This document shows, piece by piece, positions 57,011-64,000 of a DNA stretch of 64,000 bases. Under the pieces are notes generated by a model, which saw nothing but the letters and a program-made list of their open reading frames with translations, was not told where the DNA came from and ran no database searches. How positions within the stretch are numbered: the first letter of the stretch is position 1; each line of letters starts with the position of its first letter. Both the position numbers and the translations under genes were made by a program. This DNA comes from a virus (Duplodnaviria; Caudoviricetes): the IMG/VR virus record IMGVR_UViG_3300029288_000139, positions 1 to 64,000 of that record. One strand, 5' to 3'.

Positions 57011-57163
57011 ATGACACTTAATGAATTACTCAAAGAACATCCAGAATATGGAGATTTAGATGTAGCTATCTACAATATAATAAATGGGGATTATGATTTT
57101 TTAGGAGATGTAATTGACGTTTATACAGATGAACAACTTTTAATATTTTCTCAAGAAATATAA
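57011..57163 (+). CDS. small acidic hypothetical protein (50 aa)
   Basis: AAGGAG RBS; ORF read by hand. Confidence 0.5.
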   Translation: MTLNELLKEHPEYGDLDVAIYNIINGDYDFLGDVIDVYTDEQLLIFSQEI

Positions 57164-57164
57164 A

Positions 57165-58076
57165 ATGAATAATAATTTTGATATAAAATCTTATTTAGAA
57201 TCAAAAGATATACCTTACAAAACTTCTGGGAAGAATATTTCCAAAGGGTGGATTGGAACTTGCTGCATTCTCCCCAATTGTTTTGATTCGACAAATCATT
57301 TGGGTATTCATATAAAAAGTGGCATTTATAAATGTTGGATATGTGGAAGAAAAGGGCATGTAGTTAATCTAATTCAAATTATTGAAAAATGTTCAGAGGG
57401 AGTTGCCAAACAAATTATGAAGAGGTTCCCTTTAGACGAAATAGATTCTATATGGGACGAAGAAGAAAATACAGTAAAGAATACAAATTTAATTTTGCCT
57501 CCCGAAATAGAAAAAGAATGGCCTCAAATTCATCTTGAATATTTAAAATCTAGAAATTTTGACCCCCAGTATTTGATTAAAAAATATAAACTCATGCCAG
57601 TTTACACTATGGGTGTATATAGATTCAGAATAATAATACCAATATACATAAATCAAGTTATGGTGAGCTTCACCTCTATGGATATCCTACGTCAAGATAA
57701 ACGGCCTCACTACATAGATTGTCCAATAAACAAAGCTATTATTCCAGTTAAACATTGTTTGTACAATATAGATTGTGTAAAGGACAGGGTTGTTATTTAC
57801 GAAGGTGTAACAGGAGTTTGGCGTTTTGGAGAAGGCTCTATTTGTTCTTTTACATCAAACCTTACCAAAGAACAAATATCTTTATTGTTAAAGAAAAAAA
57901 TCAAAGAAGTTTTTATCTTGTTCGACCCAGATGCAGAAGAAAAGGGAAACAACATAGCAATTCAACTATCTGGAATCATCCGTTATGTCGAACAAATCAA
58001 ATTTAAAAATGGTGATCCAAAAGATTTGTCTATAAGTGAAGTTAATGATTTGAAAAGAGATTTAAAATTTATTTAG
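57165..58076 (+). CDS. DNA primase (Zn-binding plus TOPRIM)
   Basis: CC..PNC...H, YKCWICG.KG; IYEGVTG, FDPD, GDPKD. Confidence 0.85.
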   Translation: MNNNFDIKSYLESKDIPYKTSGKNISKGWIGTCCILPNCFDSTNHLGIHIKSGIYKCWICGRKGHVVNLIQIIEKCSEGVAKQIMKRFPLDEIDSIWDEEENTVKNTNLILPPEIEKEWPQIHLEYLKSRNFDPQYLIKKYKLMPVYTMGVYRFRIIIPIYINQVMVSFTSMDILRQDKRPHYIDCPINKAIIPVKHCLYNIDCVKDRVVIYEGVTGVWRFGEGSICSFTSNLTKEQISLLLKKKIKEVFILFDPDAEEKGNNIAIQLSGIIRYVEQIKFKNGDPKDLSISEVNDLKRDLKFI

Positions 58077-58164
58077 ATTTAAAATTTTTCAGGGCTATTT
58101 TTTTGGTTTATATATAGGAAAGGATAAAATTCCAATGGAAGTTTTCGGCAACACCATTGGATGT

Positions 58165-58280
58165 AAAACACAATGAACAAAAACTTAAAACTCTTTTTGT
58201 ATGGGATTGAGATTCGACTTTTTTCAAAGTTGTCTCTCATCCGAAAAATGAGATCAACTGTTATTTGTTCATTGTGTTTT
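58165..58280. repeat. perfect 17-bp inverted repeat enclosing 82 nt
   Basis: AAAACACAATGAACAAA 58165-58181 / TTTGTTCATTGTGTTTT 58264-58280. Confidence 0.85.
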
Positions 58281-58343
58281 TAGTTGAACTCAATCCCATA
58301 CAAAAAGAGTTTTTTATTGTCTAAAAAAAACAGGAGTTATGTT

Positions 58344-59639
58344 ATGGAAAACAAAGATCTTCTCAGCTTTATTGGTGGAGGGTATTGGCAAATTAGTAAA
58401 GAGATGAAAAAAGCATTTGGTATGATGGAATCTTTATGGATAACACATTTACTAGAATGGCAACAATATTTAATCTCAATCAAAAAAATAAAAGAAGATG
58501 AATATTTTTATTTGTCTCAAAAAGAAATACAAGAAGAAACTGGCATTCACCCAGATACACAAACTTCTTTTATTAAGAGATTTGTTGAAAGAGGGATACT
58601 TTATAAAAAAGAAAATATAGGACTCCCAGCAAGAAATTACTATTATATAAATGCAATAAAAATGATAGAAACAATTCGTAATATAAATAGAAACAATCAA
58701 GAACCAGTAACCGAGAATGATCTGGATCTAGCTCCCAAGGAGAGTATGGAGCCTTGTAATAACCCTAATTGTAATAACCCTAATTCCAATATCTCTAAAG
58801 AGATATTGGACGTTCCTTCAGAAAAGAAGGAACGCCATTTATCAACCGAATTTATAAATTTGAAACAAAATAAAAACATTTTGAAAGAAGTTGAGGAAAT
58901 ATTTGATTATTGGCGTAAATTTGGCAAACCTTTGTCTTCTCCATTTAAAAATCTTGAAAAACCAACAATAAAGTTACAAAATGTTTTTGTAGTTATATCA
59001 AAAGAATTGAAAAGGTTGTCTAAAAAGAAGATCAAAGATTCAATATATTTATATTATGAAATGTTGGTTAATACCGAAAAATACAATCTTAACTGTTCAG
59101 ACCCATTACACCTTGTTGATATTTCAGATTTTTTTAAATTCAATGACTATCTAAAAAAGAAACAAATGTCCGCCAGAGAAAACAATCCTGCTAAATATAT
59201 AAAATCTTGGTATTGGGAATGTGCCCAAGGTGAAAAATATCTATTTGAGAAATATGGGAGAAAACCAAAAGACAATTATAAAGAAAAGCCTGTAGAAATT
59301 GTTAATAGAGAACACGAAATGACAGTTTCGTCTATTAAACAATCATGGGAGAAATTTGGTTTTAAAAATGGGAAACCTCAAGATGAAAACTGTTTCAGAA
59401 AGGGAGCCTTAATGTTTATGGACTTTCTGAAAGAACATGAGAGAGATTGGGTATATGGCGCGTCAGGAGAATATCCAGATAAACCGTGGACTGTAGCAAA
59501 ACTATTGGTGAAATCAATTGAATTTAGTACAAAAGACAATTTAGAAATAGAAGTTACTCCAGCTTGGTTATGTACTAAATATCAGTTTGAAGAAAGACTT
59601 CCAAAGTATTTGAAATTCTACGGAGCTTTACCGGAATAA
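58344..59639 (+). CDS. replication initiator-like protein (N-terminal wHTH)
   Basis: E.F.LSQ.EIQEETG......Q...I....E.G.L.....G.PARNYY; between primase and helicase; start moved to ATG 58344 (AGGAG). Confidence 0.65.
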   Translation: MENKDLLSFIGGGYWQISKEMKKAFGMMESLWITHLLEWQQYLISIKKIKEDEYFYLSQKEIQEETGIHPDTQTSFIKRFVERGILYKKENIGLPARNYYYINAIKMIETIRNINRNNQEPVTENDLDLAPKESMEPCNNPNCNNPNSNISKEILDVPSEKKERHLSTEFINLKQNKNILKEVEEIFDYWRKFGKPLSSPFKNLEKPTIKLQNVFVVISKELKRLSKKKIKDSIYLYYEMLVNTEKYNLNCSDPLHLVDISDFFKFNDYLKKKQMSARENNPAKYIKSWYWECAQGEKYLFEKYGRKPKDNYKEKPVEIVNREHEMTVSSIKQSWEKFGFKNGKPQDENCFRKGALMFMDFLKEHERDWVYGASGEYPDKPWTVAKLLVKSIEFSTKDNLEIEVTPAWLCTKYQFEERLPKYLKFYGALPE

Positions 59640-59698
59640 TATTATTTCTCCATATTTTATAAAAATAACATACAATAAAAGAAAAAAGGAAAATTCAG

Positions 59699-61711
59699 AT
59701 GGATTATTCTCGTGTAGAAATATCAAACGATATAGAAAAACGTATTCTAACTGGCATGATTGTTCACACCCAATATCTACGAGATATTAGTACAATTATA
59801 CAGACAAAATTTTTTAAAATAGATTATATAAAGAAAATTGCAGGATGGGTTTTAGCATATTACAAACAGTACAAAGAAGCCCCTGGCAAAAATTTTGAAT
59901 CAATATTTTATTCCAAAACAGAAAAATTAAAATCAGCAGAAATTGAAATAATGGAGAATTTTCTTCAAGAAATTTCTGACCAATACATACTAGACAATCA
60001 AGATTCTTTCCCTTTTAATAAAGAATTATTATATGACCATACAGTAGAATTTTGCCGAGATAGGCAACTTGAAATACTTCAAAAAACAATAGAAGGACAT
60101 AGATTAAACAAAGATTTTTCCAAAGCTGAAGGTTTAGTAGCTGATTTTGGAAAAATATCACAACAAGTTAGCCAGTGGATAAACCCACTAGATTTTTTAG
60201 AAGTTGAAAAAACATTTGAAGATGAGGAGGAAAACAAACTTTTTAAATTGCCAGGAGCCTTAGGTGATCTTATCGGTTATATGCAAAGAGGGTGGTTAGT
60301 TGGCTTGATGGGACCGACAAAGAGGGGGAAATGCATATCAGGAGATTCAAAGGTTCTTCTGTCTAATGGCAAAGAAATTGAAATTCGTGAACTAGTAAAT
60401 AAAAAAATAAAAGAAAAAGTAGTTTCTTTTAATGAAAAAACTCAAAGATTTGAGTCTATTGAAATTTCTGAGTTTTTTAACAACGGAATAAAACCTTGTT
60501 GGACTATAACAACTAGAACAGGGAGAAAGATTTCGGCTACTATAAATCACAAATTTCTAACCCCCCTTGGTTGGAAAAAAATGAAAGAGATTTCTATAGG
60601 AGAACATATAGCTGTTAATAAGAAACAAAATAATAAGAAACAAAATCTCACAAGACAAAGATTCGAATGCGCTAAAGAAACCAAAGCTACTTATGAGAAA
60701 TATATAAACTCAGAAATTATGTGGGATAAAGTTAAAACAATAACATATGCAGGAGAAATTGATACTTACGATATTTCTATTCCCAAACTTCATAATTTTG
60801 TCACAGACAATTGTTTAGTACATAATAGTTTCTACGAAATGGAAATAGGATTTCATGCACTATGTGCAAAACTAAAGATTGCTATATTCTCTTTTGAAAT
60901 GAATAAAACAGTTTATAAAAAAAGAATCTATAAAAGAATGACGGCAATGGCTGAAAAAGGAGGCGAATATAAATACCCTGTATTTGATTGTCAATCCAAT
61001 CAAGATGGCTCTTGTCAGAAGGTTGAAAGAACAAATAGATCTTCTTTGATAGGGAGAGACGAAAAGGTAATGGATTACTCACCTACTTTGGGTTATAAAC
61101 CATGTGTTGCCTGTCGTGGAAAGAAAGATTTCTATCCTACGTCATGGTGGAGAACTCAGAACCAAAAAGAAGATTTATCCCCTTCTAATATTTCAAAGAA
61201 AATAAAAACATTTAAAAAATTATTTGGAGACAATTTACGAATTCGATGTTTCCCAGCTTTTACGGCAGGATTTGACGAAGCAATAGCAGAACTAGACAAT
61301 TTAAAATATCAGGGATTTGAACCAGATGTAATTCTGTTTGATTACTTTGATATTATGTCTTCCGAAGTTATGAATGAACTAGAAGACGAAAACCGTAAGT
61401 GGAAAAAAGGAAAAGGTTTAGCAGGAGAAAGGCATTGTTTAGTTATAAACTGTCATCAAGGAAATCGGGAATCTGAGGAAAGACAAAGTATAAAACAAAA
61501 ACACACTGGAGGAAGTATAAAGAAATTACAACACCTTGACCTTGATTTAACTTTAAATCAAACAGAAGAGGAAAAGAAACAAGGAAGAATGAGAATTCAA
61601 ATTTTAGTCAATCGGCATGAAGAAGGAATAGAAAAAGGGGAGGTAATTGTTTTACAACAATTAAAACTTGGACAACCATTTATTGATAGTGAATGGAGAA
61701 GAGAAAAATAA
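59699..61711 (+). CDS. DnaB-like replicative helicase with intein
   Basis: GPTKRGK[intein]S, FSFEM, ILFDYFD, HQGNRE. Confidence 0.85.
   Translation: MDYSRVEISNDIEKRILTGMIVHTQYLRDISTIIQTKFFKIDYIKKIAGWVLAYYKQYKEAPGKNFESIFYSKTEKLKSAEIEIMENFLQEISDQYILDNQDSFPFNKELLYDHTVEFCRDRQLEILQKTIEGHRLNKDFSKAEGLVADFGKISQQVSQWINPLDFLEVEKTFEDEEENKLFKLPGALGDLIGYMQRGWLVGLMGPTKRGKCISGDSKVLLSNGKEIEIRELVNKKIKEKVVSFNEKTQRFESIEISEFFNNGIKPCWTITTRTGRKISATINHKFLTPLGWKKMKEISIGEHIAVNKKQNNKKQNLTRQRFECAKETKATYEKYINSEIMWDKVKTITYAGEIDTYDISIPKLHNFVTDNCLVHNSFYEMEIGFHALCAKLKIAIFSFEMNKTVYKKRIYKRMTAMAEKGGEYKYPVFDCQSNQDGSCQKVERTNRSSLIGRDEKVMDYSPTLGYKPCVACRGKKDFYPTSWWRTQNQKEDLSPSNISKKIKTFKKLFGDNLRIRCFPAFTAGFDEAIAELDNLKYQGFEPDVILFDYFDIMSSEVMNELEDENRKWKKGKGLAGERHCLVINCHQGNRESEERQSIKQKHTGGSIKKLQHLDLDLTLNQTEEEKKQGRMRIQILVNRHEEGIEKGEVIVLQQLKLGQPFIDSEWRREK
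60332..60826 (+). mobile_element. 165-aa mini-intein in the Walker A motif
   Basis: starts CISGDS, block B TINHKF, ends YDI...HNF...VHN followed by Ser. Confidence 0.95.
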
Positions 61712-62421
61712 TGTCAGAAGATATTTTTGGGAATATAATAAAAAAGAAAGACCCTGTAGAAAGAGAAATATTAAAAGGTTGTCTCTATGATATTTTCAAA
61801 AACGTAACTCTAAAAGAATTTGTTTCTTTTTTAACTAACGAAATAGCCAGAAAAATATACAAAGGATTCCATCTTAATACAGAAAGTAAAATATTAGATC
61901 CTTGTGCTGGTTGGGGTGGTCGAATGTTGGGGGCATCTGTGGTAAGTAATTCATATACTTGTTTTGAACCTTCGAAAGAAACGTACAAAGGTCTCATTCT
62001 TTTATTGAAATTTATCAATAGGATGAATAAATCTTTTTGTTCATCGATAAATAACATCCCATTTGAAGAAAGTGAATTGAAAAAAGATTTTTATGATTTT
62101 GCTTTGACTTCACCTCCATATTATAACACTGAATTATATTCAGATGAAGAAAATAATTCATGTAATCGATATAAAACATTTGAATCTTGGGTGGACGGAT
62201 TCTTCTGCCCATTAATAGAAAAAACCATGCAAGCAATTAAACCTCATAGTACTTTTGTATTAAATATTGGAGATAGAAAATACCCTTTATCTTCGGCTCT
62301 TATAAATAATTTCAATAAGAAATACGATATTGAAAGAATGACAGATTTTCTTGCGGGTAATTCAGGAGGTCTTGGGAAAAGAGAAGGGAAAGGAGAGGCT
62401 TTTTATTCTATAAAAAAATAA
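61711..62421 (+). CDS. DNA amino-methyltransferase (N4C/N6A)
   Basis: ILDPCAGWGGR motif I and TSPPYY motif IV; TAATG overlap with the helicase. Confidence 0.8.
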   Translation: MSEDIFGNIIKKKDPVEREILKGCLYDIFKNVTLKEFVSFLTNEIARKIYKGFHLNTESKILDPCAGWGGRMLGASVVSNSYTCFEPSKETYKGLILLLKFINRMNKSFCSSINNIPFEESELKKDFYDFALTSPPYYNTELYSDEENNSCNRYKTFESWVDGFFCPLIEKTMQAIKPHSTFVLNIGDRKYPLSSALINNFNKKYDIERMTDFLAGNSGGLGKREGKGEAFYSIKK

Positions 62422-62513
62422 AAATTAACTCATCTATTTTTTTATTTATCATATATAATATAGTTATAGATGAAAAAAGAAATTAACAACAAACAAAAAA
62501 AGGAGAAAAAATC

Positions 62514-63074
62514 ATGGAAGTAAAAATTAAATTCAAAGTTTTACGAGAAGCAGTAATATCTCTTAATAAGAGTGGATTATTGAAAGAAGAAGACAAAATT
62601 CCTCTTGTTGGAATTGAACAAGAAGACATTTTAAAAATATTTATGGACAAGGTGAATGGTATCCCTGATGATAAAGATGGTAAATTCCCCGGCCCAGCAA
62701 ATGTTCTCTCTTTTTATAATTCCATTCTTGATCAAGAGGAAAAAATTACAAAAACAAAGGTAGCCCCGAATCCAAAAGAAAAAGAAACAACAAAGCCAAA
62801 AGAAAAAGAAAAGACAAAAGAAAAAGAAAAGACAAAAGAAAAGAAAACCCCTACTTTCACCAGAGTTGATTCCTTTAAGAAAGTCATATCAAACTCGGTT
62901 GAGAAAATTTTAGTGAAAGATTTACCAATTGAAGCCAACAAAGAATACGTCCTTCAGGGAGGAAAAGATAATCTGAATGAAAGTAAGTTCACTGGAGGAT
63001 ACGTTATCAAGACTTTGATATCCTTTGGAATTGCAACAATTGACAAAGAAGGAAGGATTACAATCAAAAAGTAA
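62514..63074 (+). CDS. Lys/Glu-rich hypothetical protein
   Basis: AAGGAG RBS; KEKEKT repeats. Confidence 0.65.
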   Translation: MEVKIKFKVLREAVISLNKSGLLKEEDKIPLVGIEQEDILKIFMDKVNGIPDDKDGKFPGPANVLSFYNSILDQEEKITKTKVAPNPKEKETTKPKEKEKTKEKEKTKEKKTPTFTRVDSFKKVISNSVEKILVKDLPIEANKEYVLQGGKDNLNESKFTGGYVIKTLISFGIATIDKEGRITIKK

Positions 63075-63946
63075 TGGATATTATACAAGACACTCCAACA
63101 GAATTAATAAAACTAAAAGATCTTCCCGTTTATGTTAAACGGGAAGATCTTGCTTGTCCTCCTCCAGGACCACCCTTTGCCAAGGTGAGAGGTTTATATC
63201 CCAGACTCTTATCTCTAAAACAGAAAGGAATTACAACCGTTGGTTATATGGATACAAGCGTATCTATGGCAACTTGGGGAATTTCTTATTTTGCCCAAAA
63301 GTTAGGAATGAAATCAGTAGTATTTTATCCTAAATATAAAGATGGATTAAAGTGCGAACAGGAAAAACAAATTGAGAAGTGGAAAAAATTTCATGCGGAA
63401 GTCATTTGTATAGAAAAGCCAAACAGACTCAAAATCAATTATTATCGAGCGAAAAAGATATTATTGGAAAGATTTCCACATTCTGAAATGCTGGAACAAG
63501 GTCTTCCGTTTAGTGAAACCATAACTCAAGTTACCCGACAAGTTTCTCTTTTGCCAAAAGAATCTTTAGGAGGAACAATCGTGATGTGCGTTGGTTCTGG
63601 AGTAATGACAGCAGGAGTTTTAAAAGGTTTATCATTAATGCTAAATAAAAATCAAAGTCAAACTGTCATTGGAATAATTGTCGCTCCTAAGAATTTAGAA
63701 ATGAAGAAAAAAGATATTATAAAAAAATCAGGGCTAATCATTGGACAAGGTTTTTTCTCAATAAACAACATTAAATTAGAATTAATTGATATAGGATACG
63801 AATATGAACAAACGGAAGAAATTGAATGTCCTTTCCCATGTAATAAATACTATGACAGAAAAGCGTGGAAATGGCTTTGTGATCATCTAATTAATTTAAC
63901 TCCTCCAATTGTTTTTTGGAACATAGGAGGAGATTACATATTATGA
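63074..63946 (+). CDS. PLP-dependent enzyme, fold type II (cysteine synthase/ACC deaminase-like)
   Basis: TEL...VYVKREDL....FAKVR, VMCVGSGVMTAG, YDRKAW, VFWNIG. Confidence 0.75.
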   Translation: MDIIQDTPTELIKLKDLPVYVKREDLACPPPGPPFAKVRGLYPRLLSLKQKGITTVGYMDTSVSMATWGISYFAQKLGMKSVVFYPKYKDGLKCEQEKQIEKWKKFHAEVICIEKPNRLKINYYRAKKILLERFPHSEMLEQGLPFSETITQVTRQVSLLPKESLGGTIVMCVGSGVMTAGVLKGLSLMLNKNQSQTVIGIIVAPKNLEMKKKDIIKKSGLIIGQGFFSINNIKLELIDIGYEYEQTEEIECPFPCNKYYDRKAWKWLCDHLINLTPPIVFWNIGGDYIL

Positions 63947-64000
63947 AAAGGAGAAAGAAATGAATAAATGTAAAAAACCTAAGAAAGAGATAAAGATAAT

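Noticed and set aside
56980-62465. TATATAAT-like boxes before several early genes (about 56986, 58110, 62452) as a phage-specific promoter
   Set aside because: AT-rich context and no shared upstream element; cannot be separated from chance by eye.
1-64000. CRISPR array
   Set aside because: The only repeat-spacer-like pattern (the 19-bp DSKTKD linker) is in frame within ORFs, with 170-190 bp spacing; no cas genes seen.
1-64000. Complete diversity-generating retroelement or retron
   Set aside because: No reverse transcriptase motif or template/variable repeat pair found; the pentapeptide array has invariant adenines.
1-64000. tRNA/rRNA genes, integrase, transposase, or a reassigned genetic code
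   Set aside because: None recognised by eye; long ORFs read normally in code 11 with TAA, TAG and TGA all used as stops. A tRNA scan was not run.

Overview
AT-rich tailed-phage sequence (contractile tail, myovirus-like; spanin-like genes suggest a diderm host). The minus strand from 49718 to 3317 is one late arm. It runs terS, terL, head genes (DUF1073-type portal, Mu-F-like minor head, DUF2213-type protease/scaffold, decoration protein, DUF2184-type capsid), neck, DUF3383 sheath, tube, chaperone with a -1 frameshift, tape measure, baseplate and fibre, then lysis genes and an 8-gene glycan-synthesis cluster, ending at a double-hairpin terminator. The plus strand (50541-64000 and 1-3223) carries early and replication genes: a Ycf46-like AAA module, pentapeptide-repeat protein, SF2 helicase, primase, initiator-like protein, intein-containing DnaB-like helicase, amino-methyltransferase and a PLP enzyme. 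Main candidates for new biology: (1) five genes among the head genes share an N-terminal leader, and three are chains of 40-70 aa mini-domains joined by (DSK)TKD linkers, pointing to capsid-targeted, protease-processed, shuffleable cargo polyproteins; (2) an AAA+ ATPase whose Walker B segment comes before its Walker A segment; (3) a late glycosyl/pyruvyl/methyl-transferase cluster together with Ser-Pro motifs in loops of virion proteins, suggesting virion glycosylation. All family names come from motif recognition by eye; no database searches were run.
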